From Candidatus Omnitrophota bacterium (GTDB lineage Bacteria; Omnitrophota; Omnitrophia; Omnitrophales; JACROU01): a DNA stretch of 64,000 bases. How positions within the stretch are numbered: position 1 is the stretch's first letter; every line of letters starts with the position of its first letter. The stretch is taken from positions 1,086-65,085 of the forward strand of contig JAJDCD010000006.1 in NCBI GenBank assembly GCA_029261035.1, in the 5' to 3' direction. The position numbers and the translations under genes were made by a program. The notes beneath the pieces are model-generated. The model was not told the DNA's origin. It made no database searches and saw nothing but the letters and a program-made list of their open reading frames with translations. This document shows, one piece after another, positions 39,128 to 48,866 of the stretch.

Positions 39128-40504
39128 ATGTCGCCAACTAAAAATTCACCCAACCTTATTGAGAAAACACCCCCACATAATTTAGATGCAGAAATTAGTG
39201 TGCTAGGGGCTATTCTATCGGATGATCAAGCCGCTCCCAGAGCTTTGGAGTTGTTGCGATCTTCCCACTTCTATTCAACAGCTCATCAACTTATTTATGA
39301 ATCTATTTGCCGTCTATTTGATAAAAATATTCCGATTGAGTTAGTTACACTTTCAGATGATTTAGATAAATCGTCTGACTTAGATAAAGTAGGGGGGCGA
39401 AGCTATTTAGCCCATTTATCTTCCAGTGTAGCGACTTCGGCCCATATTGAGCATTATGCCAAAATGGTAAAAGAGAAAGCTATTTTAAGAAGCTTAATTA
39501 ATACGGCCACAGAGATTGTTCAAGAAGGTTCGGAATCTGGTGTTGATGTAAATATTCTATTGGATCAAGCAGAGCAAAAGATATTTGATATTGGTCAAAA
39601 TAAAATCGAATCCAAATTTATTTCTATGTCAGAAATTATTAAGGACAGCATTGAAACTATTGATCAACTTTATCAGAGAAAAGAGCATGTAACGGGTGTT
39701 GCTACAGGGTTTCACGAATTTGATTCTAAAACAGCAGGCCTTCAACCTTCCGATCTTGTAATCATTGCGGGACGTCCTTCGATGGGTAAGTCTGCCTTTG
39801 TGACTTGTTTGTGTGAGCACGTTGGTATTAAAGACAAAAAAGGAGTTGCTGTATTTTCTTTGGAAATGAGTAAAGAGTCTCTCGTGCAAAGAATGCTGTG
39901 TTCCCATGCTCGAGTAGACGCTCAAAAAGTGAGGACAGGTTACTTATCTCATCAAGATTGGCCAAAACTTACGAGTGCGGCAGGAAAATTGTCTGAAGCG
40001 CCTATTTATATAGATGACACCCCCGGTTTAACCGTGTTGGAGCTGCGAGCTAAAGCAAGACGTCTTAAATCTCAAAAAGATATCCAACTTATTGTGATTG
40101 ACTATTTACAGTTAATGCAAGGAAGTAATCGTGAAAATCGTCAGCAAGAAATTTCAGATATTTCTCGATCTCTTAAGGCATTAGCTCGTGAGTTGAGAGT
40201 GCCAGTTATTGCAATTAGTCAGTTATCTCGTGCTGTCGAGAGTCGTACGGGAAATAGGCCAATGCTTTCGGATTTAAGGGAATCTGGAGCTATTGAGCAA
40301 GATGCAGATTTGGTCGTTTTTTTATTTCGAGAAGAATACTATACCCCTACAGAAGAGAACAAAAATAGGGCGGAAGCAATTATTGCAAAGCAAAGAAATG
40401 GTCCTATTGGGACGGTGGATTTACTCTTCTTGAAGGATTGGACTCGGTTTGAAAACCCTGATTTTAATCATGCTGAAAACGTTGAAGATCAAGGGTATGT
40501 CTAA
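39128..40504 (+). CDS. dnaB: Replicative DNA helicase (no intein)
   Basis: AGRPSMGKS; IDYLQLM; SQLSR; SDLRESGAIEQDAD; KQRNGP. Confidence 0.98.
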   Translation: MSPTKNSPNLIEKTPPHNLDAEISVLGAILSDDQAAPRALELLRSSHFYSTAHQLIYESICRLFDKNIPIELVTLSDDLDKSSDLDKVGGRSYLAHLSSSVATSAHIEHYAKMVKEKAILRSLINTATEIVQEGSESGVDVNILLDQAEQKIFDIGQNKIESKFISMSEIIKDSIETIDQLYQRKEHVTGVATGFHEFDSKTAGLQPSDLVIIAGRPSMGKSAFVTCLCEHVGIKDKKGVAVFSLEMSKESLVQRMLCSHARVDAQKVRTGYLSHQDWPKLTSAAGKLSEAPIYIDDTPGLTVLELRAKARRLKSQKDIQLIVIDYLQLMQGSNRENRQQEISDISRSLKALARELRVPVIAISQLSRAVESRTGNRPMLSDLRESGAIEQDADLVVFLFREEYYTPTEENKNRAEAIIAKQRNGPIGTVDLLFLKDWTRFENPDFNHAENVEDQGYV

Positions 40505-40564
40505 GGCCTTACTACCCTTAGAGTTACTAAAAAATTAGCTCCGTAAAATAATCTCTCAATAGGG

Positions 40565-40593
40565 TTTACACTCCTTCGCCTATTGTGTATCAT
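40565..40593 (+). promoter_or_regulatory. sigma70-type promoter for the bamA cluster
   Basis: TTTACA (40565) - 17 bp - TATCAT (40588). Confidence 0.55.
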
Positions 40594-40654
40594 ACACTCT
40601 TATTTTGTTTAAATTATTTGAAACCAAGGGTATCTATAACGATCTGAGTTACTT

Positions 40655-43162
40655 ATGGATGATAGCAAAAGACAAACTGTTTTCTTTGAACGTGGATGGG
40701 TTATAGCCATTGTTTTGGCTTTATGTTTCTCCCCTGTAACGGCATGGACACAGACTGAAAGTTCGCCTAAGGCTGTGGAAGAAGTAAGTCAAAGTGCTTC
40801 TCCGAAGAAATCAATGCTTCCTGCATCTGGGGTAACACAGGCTGAAAATTCTCAGCTACCCAATGCTTCAGTGGGGAATCAAGGAACATCGCAGCAGCCT
40901 TCTAAAGGCTCTTCCACATCGGATGTTGCACCTTCAATTCCTCAACCTAGAGAAATAATAGTTTTCGAGGTAGAAGTTAGAGGCAATCGTGTCGTGAGCA
41001 CGAATGCAATCTTGTCTAAGGTTAAAACTAAAAAGGGAAAGTCTTTAAGGCAGCAGATTATTAATGACGATGTGCGTCGTTTGTATGGAACTGGTTTTTT
41101 TCAGGATGTTCGTGTTGATGTTCAAGAAAAGCAAGATGGGGTTTTGGTTACTGTTGTTGTTGATGAAAAGCCTATTGTAAAACGAATTATTATTGAAGGT
41201 AGCAGTGCTTTTGCTGAAGATAAGCTTAGAAAAGAATTGAATATTGTTGAAGGACAAATTTTAGATCAGAGAGCTGTTAAGCAGGGAGTGAATAAAATTC
41301 AAGAGAAGTACTTTGATAAGGGTTTTCGGTTTGCTGAAGTTAAATCGAACATAGATGTAAATCAACAAGCTAAAGAAGCTGTGTTGTACATTCTGATTGA
41401 TGAAGGGGATAAATATAAAATAAACAAAGTGAGTTTTGAAGGGAATGAAAGTTATCCTGAGAAAGACTTAAAGCGATTACTGAAAACAAAACCGCGCATG
41501 CTTATTTTACTTAGAAAAGGCGTATTCAACGAAGATACATTTCAAGAAGATTTGGAGCGAGTTAGAGCGTATTATCAATCGCAAGGTTTTTTGGATGTTC
41601 AGTCTACATCAAAGTTTGATTATAACAGGGAAAAGAAAGAGATTTATGTTACTGTAGTTGTTGGCGAAGGAGAACGTTACTACGCAGGTGATATTAAGAT
41701 TAAAGGGAATGTTTTATTTCCTGAAAGTGAGATTTGGGATCAGTTGGAAATGTTACCTGGATTCCCTTTCTCTCAATCGAATATGACGGGCGATGTAGCG
41801 GCTATTCGTCAATACTATTTTCAGAAGGGTTACATTGGGATTCAAATAACTCCTGATGTTGTTCTGAACCCAGATACAGGAAAAGTGGATGTTAATTACA
41901 ACCTTGTCGAGGGGGATTTGTTCTTTGTAGATAAAGTTAAAATTCGAGGAAATACAAAAACAAAAGATATCGTGATTCGTCGCGAATTGAGAACGCGTCC
42001 TGGAGATCGTTTTGACGGACAAAAAATAGATCGTTCCAAACAGAGATTAGATAATTTAGGTTTTTTCCAAGAAGTTGTTTACGATACAGAAGGTGGGTCA
42101 GCTCCAAATCGTAGAGATGTGGTATTTAAGGTTAAGGAGAAACAGACAGGTGAGCTTTCTTTTGGAGCCGGTGTGAGCTCTATTGATCAGTTTGTTGGAT
42201 TTGCTGAAATTTCGCAAAGAAACTTTGATATTAAAAATTTCCCAAGATTTACTGGGGGTGGACAAAGCTTATCTTTAAGAGGTCGAATTGGTACGATTAC
42301 TCAAGATATTGATGCTAGTTTTGTGGAGCCTTATTTGTTTAACAAGAACCTATCTTTGGGGTTGAATGGGTTTAGAGTAACTAGAGAAGCAAACAATACG
42401 GATTTTGATGAAATAAGAACAGGTGTTTCTATTAGTTTTGCCAGAGCTTTATCAGAGTTTATTCGTGCGGGTATTGGTTATACGGCAGAGCAGGTAGAAC
42501 TGGATGACCTCGAAGCAGATGCAGGACCTTCTGTTAGGGCTTTTGAGGGGAAGACAAATCTGAGTCGTTTGAAATTTAATATTTCTCGAGATACGAGAGA
42601 CAATGCTGTTGCGCCTAAAAAAGGAACTTTAATCACGAGTTCTATAGAATTAATAGGAAGTTTTATAGGTGGAGATGAAGACTATTATAATGCTCAAATT
42701 TCGTTCACGAAATATTTTAGCTTTAAAGAAAATCATGTTATTGAAGCCAAAAGTCGTTTAGGTATTACCGATGAAATTGGAGGGAGTGGTTCTGGATCCG
42801 TACCTGTATTTGATCGTTTTTTTGCAGGTGGCTTAGGAACGGTTCGTGGTTTTGAGCCTCGTCGAGTAGGGCCTAAGGAAGCTGGAGATGCTGTAGGTGG
42901 TAACTCTTTATTTATTTTAAATTTGGAGTATACCTTTCCTTTGATTCAGAACTTCAAAGGGGCGGTGTTTTTGGATGTGGGGCAAGTTGCAGCGGACGCT
43001 TTTAGTTTTGAAGGAGGCGAATTTGCAGCGAGTGTGGGGCCGGGTCTGAAAATTGCTACTCCCATTGGCCCAGTTGCTTTATACTATGGTTATCCTATAG
43101 CAAATGAAGACACAGAAAGTGAAAATGGTCGATTTGAATTTAGTTTTAGCAGAGGTTTTTAA
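40655..43162 (+). CDS. bamA: Outer membrane protein assembly factor
   Basis: POTRA repeats (GNTKTKDIVIRREL), VRGF motif, TPIGP, C-terminal FEFSFSRGF; followed by skp. Confidence 0.95.
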   Translation: MDDSKRQTVFFERGWVIAIVLALCFSPVTAWTQTESSPKAVEEVSQSASPKKSMLPASGVTQAENSQLPNASVGNQGTSQQPSKGSSTSDVAPSIPQPREIIVFEVEVRGNRVVSTNAILSKVKTKKGKSLRQQIINDDVRRLYGTGFFQDVRVDVQEKQDGVLVTVVVDEKPIVKRIIIEGSSAFAEDKLRKELNIVEGQILDQRAVKQGVNKIQEKYFDKGFRFAEVKSNIDVNQQAKEAVLYILIDEGDKYKINKVSFEGNESYPEKDLKRLLKTKPRMLILLRKGVFNEDTFQEDLERVRAYYQSQGFLDVQSTSKFDYNREKKEIYVTVVVGEGERYYAGDIKIKGNVLFPESEIWDQLEMLPGFPFSQSNMTGDVAAIRQYYFQKGYIGIQITPDVVLNPDTGKVDVNYNLVEGDLFFVDKVKIRGNTKTKDIVIRRELRTRPGDRFDGQKIDRSKQRLDNLGFFQEVVYDTEGGSAPNRRDVVFKVKEKQTGELSFGAGVSSIDQFVGFAEISQRNFDIKNFPRFTGGGQSLSLRGRIGTITQDIDASFVEPYLFNKNLSLGLNGFRVTREANNTDFDEIRTGVSISFARALSEFIRAGIGYTAEQVELDDLEADAGPSVRAFEGKTNLSRLKFNISRDTRDNAVAPKKGTLITSSIELIGSFIGGDEDYYNAQISFTKYFSFKENHVIEAKSRLGITDEIGGSGSGSVPVFDRFFAGGLGTVRGFEPRRVGPKEAGDAVGGNSLFILNLEYTFPLIQNFKGAVFLDVGQVAADAFSFEGGEFAASVGPGLKIATPIGPVALYYGYPIANEDTESENGRFEFSFSRGF

Positions 43163-43186
43163 TCTTAACATAAGGAGAATAAAACG

Positions 43187-43699
43187 ATGAATTTAACAAA
43201 ACAGCTTATGATTGCCTTTATTGTTATATTAGGGTCTTTTGGAATTTCTTTTTCAGCTTATGCGGAAAAAACAGCTTACGTTGATGTTGCGAAAGTTTTT
43301 GATCAGTATGAGAAAACAAAAAAGTTTGATCAACAGCTAGCAGAGATGGGGAAAGAAAAACAGACCGTTAGAGATTCTTTAGTTTTAGATGTTAGACGAT
43401 TGAAAGATGAAATGGCTCTTCTTTCAGATTCTGGTAAGGGAGAGAAGCAACTTCTTGTTGATAAAAAATTGAGAGAACTTCAAGAGTTCGATAGAGGTGC
43501 TCAAAAAGAACTAGGGGAAAAGAGAGAAGGAATCATAAAAGATGTGTTTAAAGATATTGATGATGTGATTAAGGTTTATGGGCAGAAAAATAATTATGAT
43601 TTTATTTTCAACGAAAGATTAATGTTATTTAGAAATGATAAGTATGATATTACGGATGAAATTCTAGGGGAGCTTAACGCGCAATATAAAAAGAAATAA
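43187..43699 (+). CDS. skp: Skp/OmpH periplasmic chaperone
   Basis: Signal peptide, AYVDVAKVF, coiled coil, YDFIF..DITDEIL. Confidence 0.9.
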   Translation: MNLTKQLMIAFIVILGSFGISFSAYAEKTAYVDVAKVFDQYEKTKKFDQQLAEMGKEKQTVRDSLVLDVRRLKDEMALLSDSGKGEKQLLVDKKLRELQEFDRGAQKELGEKREGIIKDVFKDIDDVIKVYGQKNNYDFIFNERLMLFRNDKYDITDEILGELNAQYKKK

Positions 43700-43742
43700 T
43701 CTTTTAAAAAAATACGCATACGGGTGGTTTAAATAAATTTCA

Positions 43743-45062
43743 ATGGAAAAAGAAAAAACGATTAAAACTAGGATTGATTTTGAAGGTATTGGGGTTCATA
43801 AAGGGGAAAAAGTAACTGTTTCTTTGATCCCAGCAGAACCAGGTACTGGAATTGTTTTCAAGCGGGTTGATTTACCGGATTCACAACCCTTTAAAGCAGA
43901 TATTGAAAATGTGATTCAGATTCCTGAAGTGGAAGGAAGACAAACAACACTTGGAATTGGAAATGCTTACATTGTCACTGTCGAACATTTACTATCCTCT
44001 TTGCATGGTTTGGGCGTGGATAATTGCTTTGTTGAAGTTTCTGGGGATGAAATGCCCGTGTTGGATGGTAGTTCGGATGTTTATTCAGAAAAAATTATAG
44101 AAGCTGGACTAGAAGAGCAAGACCGTGATAGAGAATATTTAACTGTGACAGAACCATTTGAAATGTCTTATGGTGAATCCACGATTAAAGTTCTTCCCTC
44201 GGATGAATTTAAGGTGACTTACTCCTTAAGTTATCAAGGGGACCCATTATTACAAGATCAAACAGCAACCTTTCTTGTTAACCCTACCACTTACAAAGAT
44301 GATATATCACCGGCTCGGACTTTTTGCTTAAGAGAAGAGGTGGAGGATTTACTTTCTAAGGGGTATGGGAAAGGCGCCTCTTTCGAGAATACACTTGTTT
44401 TTGAAAATGGAAAACCAATTCAAAATGAATTACGTTTTGAAGATGAGGCTTGCCGCCATAAAATTTTAGATTTAATAGGAGATATTTATCTCTTAGGGAG
44501 AAGAATTAAAGCACATATTATCACTTTTAAAACTGGGCATCGACATAATGTCGAATTAGTTAGGAGGTTAAAGGAAATGGTTGATCAATCTAAAGGGACT
44601 AAAGCAGTGTCTGAGAAGAGTTCTGAAATTGTATATGATGTGAATGGAATTATGGGGATCATTCCTCATCGTTACCCATTTTTACTCGTCGACAGAATCA
44701 TTGAGATGGAAGAGGGTAAAAGAGCTGTAGGAATTAAGAATGTGACTATGAATGAGCAGTTTTTTCAAGGGCATTTTCCAGGGCACCCAGTAATGCCGGG
44801 AGTTCTCATTGTTGAAGCAATGGCTCAAGTAGGGGGTGTTTTGATGCTGAGCCAAGCGGATAATAAAGGGAAGATCGCTTATTTTATGAGTATTGATAAA
44901 GCTAAATTCAGAAAACCCGTATTTCCTGGGGATCAGCTTCGTTTTGAAATTGATGTCCTTAAAGTTCGTTCTAGAACAGGGCAATGCTTGGGGAAGGCTT
45001 TTGTCGACGGAGCTCTTGTTTGTGAAGCTGAAGTTAAATTTGCCATAGTTACTCCAGAGTAA
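43743..45062 (+). CDS. lpxC: Bifunctional LpxC-FabZ fusion
   Basis: Lpx[24 protein letters not shown] fused to Fab[30 protein letters not shown]. Confidence 0.96.
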   Translation: MEKEKTIKTRIDFEGIGVHKGEKVTVSLIPAEPGTGIVFKRVDLPDSQPFKADIENVIQIPEVEGRQTTLGIGNAYIVTVEHLLSSLHGLGVDNCFVEVSGDEMPVLDGSSDVYSEKIIEAGLEEQDRDREYLTVTEPFEMSYGESTIKVLPSDEFKVTYSLSYQGDPLLQDQTATFLVNPTTYKDDISPARTFCLREEVEDLLSKGYGKGASFENTLVFENGKPIQNELRFEDEACRHKILDLIGDIYLLGRRIKAHIITFKTGHRHNVELVRRLKEMVDQSKGTKAVSEKSSEIVYDVNGIMGIIPHRYPFLLVDRIIEMEEGKRAVGIKNVTMNEQFFQGHFPGHPVMPGVLIVEAMAQVGGVLMLSQADNKGKIAYFMSIDKAKFRKPVFPGDQLRFEIDVLKVRSRTGQCLGKAFVDGALVCEAEVKFAIVTPE

Positions 45063-45084
45063 AAGGAAAGAGGAATCTACATAC

Positions 45085-45882
45085 ATGAGTTTAAATGCCG
45101 AACTTAAAAAAACGGTGATCCACCCAACAGCGATTGTACATCCAAATGCTAAGATTGCAGAAGGTGTTGAAATAGGACCTTATGCAATTATAGAAGAGAA
45201 TGTTTCTATAGGTTTTGGAACAAAAGTTGGAGCAAGAGTTACGATTGAAGGGTATACAGAGATCGGGAAAGAAAATCAGATTTTTACGGGAGCTGTTATT
45301 GGGAGTATGACCCAAGATAAGAAATGTGATGGGGGAATTAGCTATTTAAAGATAGGTAATTCTAATATTATTAGAGAATACGTGACAATGAACCCTGGAA
45401 CTTTAGAGGGAACAAAAACGATTATTGGGAATGGGAATTTGTTTATGGCCTATGCTCATGTTGCCCATGATTGTATTGTTGGGAACTATAATGTTATTGC
45501 TAATAATGGAACTTTGGCTGGACATGTTATTGTTGAAGACAGAGCAATTATTGGGGGGCTAAGCGGTGTTCACCAATTGGTACGCATCGGTTCTTTGGCC
45601 ATTGTTGGAGGTTGTTCTAAGGTGGTGCAAGATGTCCCTTCTTTTATGATGGTCGACGGACATCCGGCAAAGGCTTTTGGTGTGAATGGTGTTGGCCTTG
45701 AAAGAAATGATGTCTCTTCTGAAGAACGCATGATTCTAAAAAAGGCGTTTAAAATTATTTTTAGATCAGGCCTTGCGTTAAAGAGTGCTATATCCAAACT
45801 AGAAGAAGACTTTCCAGCTTCTCCTGCCTTAACTACATTGATTGAATTTCTTCAAAAATCAGAAAGAGGAATTTGTCGTTAA
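45085..45882 (+). CDS. lpxA: Acyl-ACP-UDP-GlcNAc acyltransferase
   Basis: IHPTAIV hexapeptide repeats; AHVAHDC; LAGHV; VHQ; C-terminal RGICR. Confidence 0.96.
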   Translation: MSLNAELKKTVIHPTAIVHPNAKIAEGVEIGPYAIIEENVSIGFGTKVGARVTIEGYTEIGKENQIFTGAVIGSMTQDKKCDGGISYLKIGNSNIIREYVTMNPGTLEGTKTIIGNGNLFMAYAHVAHDCIVGNYNVIANNGTLAGHVIVEDRAIIGGLSGVHQLVRIGSLAIVGGCSKVVQDVPSFMMVDGHPAKAFGVNGVGLERNDVSSEERMILKKAFKIIFRSGLALKSAISKLEEDFPASPALTTLIEFLQKSERGICR

Positions 45883-45888
45883 TTTGAC

Positions 45889-45911
45889 AAGCCCATTGTG
45901 AGGCTTTTTTT
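45889..45911 (+). terminator. Weak terminator-like hairpin between lpxA and lpxI
   Basis: AAGCC-CATTGTGA-GGCTT followed by T-run. Confidence 0.3.
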
Positions 45912-45914
45912 ACA

Positions 45915-46757
45915 GTGAATCTATCTACATTAAAATCAAAAATTGGTGTTATTGCGGGGTATGGTGATTTACCTAAGGAAGTGTGCCGTGCTGCGAAAAA
46001 AAACGAGTATGATGTTGCTTTATGCGCGATCAAAGGAGAGGCAGATCCTGAATTAGAATCTATCGTTCCTGATAATGTTTCTTGGATAAAATTGGGAGAG
46101 CTCGGAAAACTGATTAAGTTTTTTAAGAAAAATAATATTACAGAAGCTATTTTGTGTGGGAAGATTCATAAAATTAATATTCTAAAAGGAAATGTTCTTC
46201 CTGATCTAGAAATGATAAAAATGTTATCTGGAATTAGAACTTTTAAAGATCATAGCTTATTAGAACGCTTGTGTAACTATTTGGAATCGAGAGGGGTTAA
46301 GATAATTGATTCCACTTATTTCATTAAGGATTTTTTTAATATTGAAGGTGTTTTAACTCGACTTAAGCCATCTACATCTGAGTGGGAAGATGTTCAGTTT
46401 GGTTTTGAAATGGCAAAACAAATTGCGGACTTAGATATTGGCCAAACTGTTGTTGTGAGAAATAAGTCTGTAGTTGCTGTAGAATCTATTGAAGGTACGG
46501 ACCAAGCGATATTGCGTGGTGGGAAATTAGCTGAAGAGGGAGGGGTTGTTGTTAAAGTGGCTCGCCCAAATCAAGATATGCGTTTTGATGTTCCGACCAT
46601 TGGACCAGATACACTTCAGGCGTGTCATGAAGCTAAGATTCGGGTTTTGGCCTTTGAACAAGGAAAAACTATTTTGCTTCATTCGGAAAAACTCATTGAT
46701 ATGGCAAATGAATTTAAAATTAAACTTATAGCATTTGAAGGAAATAATGGGATATGA
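45915..46757 (+). CDS. lpxI: UDP-2,3-diacylglucosamine diphosphatase LpxI family
   Basis: GVIAGYGDLP; DIGQTVVV; AVESIEGTD; QDMRFDVPTIG. Confidence 0.92.
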   Translation: MNLSTLKSKIGVIAGYGDLPKEVCRAAKKNEYDVALCAIKGEADPELESIVPDNVSWIKLGELGKLIKFFKKNNITEAILCGKIHKINILKGNVLPDLEMIKMLSGIRTFKDHSLLERLCNYLESRGVKIIDSTYFIKDFFNIEGVLTRLKPSTSEWEDVQFGFEMAKQIADLDIGQTVVVRNKSVVAVESIEGTDQAILRGGKLAEEGGVVVKVARPNQDMRFDVPTIGPDTLQACHEAKIRVLAFEQGKTILLHSEKLIDMANEFKIKLIAFEGNNGI

Positions 46758-48325
46758 GCAGTCAAAAAAATAAGATCAAATCATCCGATAAAGAAATACC
46801 GGTTTTAAAAAGAGAAGTCTTGGAACTTACAACGTTATATGAGATTTCGCAAGCAATAGCTTCTTCATTGGATTTGTCTGTTATTTTGACGGAAATATTA
46901 TCGATTCTTTCTAAACGTATGGGGATGGAAAAAGGAACCGTTTCTTTGTTGGATATGGAGACGAATGAATTGGGAATTAATATTGCCCATGATATGAATG
47001 TTTCTCAAATTCAAAGAGGGAAGTATAAACTAGGCGAAGGTATTACAGGGAAAGTGGTTGCTGCAGGCGAGCCTATTATTGTTCCTAGTGTGGGGGATGA
47101 GCCTACATTTTTAGATAGAACGAAGTCAAGAGGAGATCTTACTGATAAGAATTTTGCTTTTATTTGTGTTCCGATTAAATCGGATCAAAGAACCATTGGG
47201 GCGTTGAGTGTCGATAGACATTTTGGAGAAGACCTATCTTTTGAAGAGGATTTAAGGTTGTTAACGATTATTAGTTCTGTTATAGCCCAAGCTGTGAAAA
47301 TTCATGAAATGGTGGAAGAGGAGAAAGAAGAGTTAGTAAAAGAAACTCGTAAGTTGCGTTCCGAGTTGAAAAAGAAATACCGCCCTCAGAACGTGGTGGG
47401 TGAAAGCAAGAAAATGACGGAGGTTTACTCGACGATTGATCTAGTGAGCCAGAGTAGGGCAACGGTATTACTTCGTGGAGAAAGTGGCACAGGCAAAGAG
47501 TTAGTAGCCAAAGCGATTCATTATGCTAGTTCTAGGGCTCAAAAAGCTTTTGTTAAGGTAGCATGTGCAGCTCTTCCAGAGACATTGCTTGAAAGTGAGT
47601 TGTTTGGTCATGAAAAAGGAGCTTTTACAGGGGCTATTGCTTCCAAGAAGGGTCGGTTTGAGCTTGCTCATGAAGGCACGTTGTTTCTAGATGAGATTGG
47701 AGATGTTAGTCCTTTAATTCAGGTTAAATTGCTTCGGGTTCTTCAAGAGAGAGAATTTGAGCGTGTCGGGAGTTCTGAGACGACAAGGGTGGATGTGAGA
47801 ATTATTGCCGCTACTCATAAAGATTTAGAAAAAGAAGTTAGAGAAGGTCGTTTTAGAGAAGATTTATACTATCGATTGAATGTCGTTCCAGTGTTTCTTC
47901 CTGCCCTTAGAGAAAGAAAAGAGGATATCCCTCTTTTGGTTAATTCTTTCTTGGAAAAATCATGTATTGAAAATGAGAAAAAGATTAAAAAAATAGATGA
48001 TGAAGTTTGGGAACATATTATGAATTATCCGTGGCCGGGGAATGTTCGAGAGATACAAAATGCAATTGAGAGAGCTGTGGTTCTATGTAAAGATGATGTT
48101 CTTCAAAAAGAGCATTTTCCCTTTGAGCTTCAAGATAAAATTAGAGATATTGATCCTTTAACATTGATTGACGATGGCAGTAAATTGTCTGATATTGTTA
48201 ATCAGGTAGAAGAGAGAATGATTAAGTCTGCTTTGAATAAAACGGGTGGTAATAAGCGTAAAGCGGCTAAAGATCTAGGTGTTACTGAAAGAATCCTCAG
48301 TTATAAAATTTCTAAATTAAGCTAA
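46754..48325 (+). CDS. NifA-like sigma54-dependent activator (GAF-AAA+-Fis HTH)
   Basis: GAF with YKLGEGITGKV..EPTFLDRT..FICVPI; GESGTGKE; ESELFGHEKGAFTGA; WPGNVRE; HTH KAAKDLG. Confidence 0.9.
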   Translation: MSSQKNKIKSSDKEIPVLKREVLELTTLYEISQAIASSLDLSVILTEILSILSKRMGMEKGTVSLLDMETNELGINIAHDMNVSQIQRGKYKLGEGITGKVVAAGEPIIVPSVGDEPTFLDRTKSRGDLTDKNFAFICVPIKSDQRTIGALSVDRHFGEDLSFEEDLRLLTIISSVIAQAVKIHEMVEEEKEELVKETRKLRSELKKKYRPQNVVGESKKMTEVYSTIDLVSQSRATVLLRGESGTGKELVAKAIHYASSRAQKAFVKVACAALPETLLESELFGHEKGAFTGAIASKKGRFELAHEGTLFLDEIGDVSPLIQVKLLRVLQEREFERVGSSETTRVDVRIIAATHKDLEKEVREGRFREDLYYRLNVVPVFLPALRERKEDIPLLVNSFLEKSCIENEKKIKKIDDEVWEHIMNYPWPGNVREIQNAIERAVVLCKDDVLQKEHFPFELQDKIRDIDPLTLIDDGSKLSDIVNQVEERMIKSALNKTGGNKRKAAKDLGVTERILSYKISKLS

Positions 48326-48389
48326 TTCACAGAAAAATTCCCTTAAAAGCATTTCTTAAGAAGTTGAAAAACTCTATTTTCTTTGAAAG

Positions 48390-48407
48390 AGTAAACACCT
48401 GTTTACT
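48390..48407. promoter_or_regulatory. Palindromic operator-like site
   Basis: AGTAAACA-CC-TGTTTACT, perfect 8-bp arms, intergenic. Confidence 0.4.
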
Positions 48408-48485
48408 ACTAGCTATTAGGATAAAGTTTAAAGTCTTTAATGTTTCAATTCGATAATAGATATAACGAATTAGGTGGAGCTATCT

Positions 48486-48866
48486 ATGAAACGAATTCTT
48501 CTTGCTGATCTAGATCCTTACAATGCGCAAGTTCTTGAAATGGCTTTATTAGGTGAGTCTTATCATGTGACGCGTGTTCATACCCTTGAAGAATGGACTT
48601 CTGTTTTGGAAACAAAATCATTTTCTTTGATTTTAATGGATGAAAGCTTTTTAGAGATATCCAGAGAGCTATTTGCTTTGTCTAAAAAAGCATATAAAAA
48701 ATTAGAGAGAACTCCTTCAATTATTATGACGATGTACCCTGAGATTATGGAACACAGGCATAAATTCTCTTTAAAAGCAAAATTTCTGCTTAAACCTTTT
48801 CAGGCTAGTGAGATGTTTTTAATGATGAAACAGGTATTTTTCGAAAAGAAAGAACTAGCTATCTAG
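48486..48866 (+). CDS. Stand-alone, divergent response-regulator receiver domain
   Basis: ILLADLD, LILMD (phospho-Asp), IIMT, FLLKPF; AGGTGG SD before ATG 48486. Confidence 0.72.
   Translation: MKRILLADLDPYNAQVLEMALLGESYHVTRVHTLEEWTSVLETKSFSLILMDESFLEISRELFALSKKAYKKLERTPSIIMTMYPEIMEHRHKFSLKAKFLLKPFQASEMFLMMKQVFFEKKELAI

Noticed and set aside
39128-40504. Intein in dnaB
   Set aside because: Normal length (458 aa) with contiguous helicase motifs
45884-45916. sigma70 promoter for lpxI (TTGACA...TACAGT)
   Set aside because: The 21-bp spacer is too long
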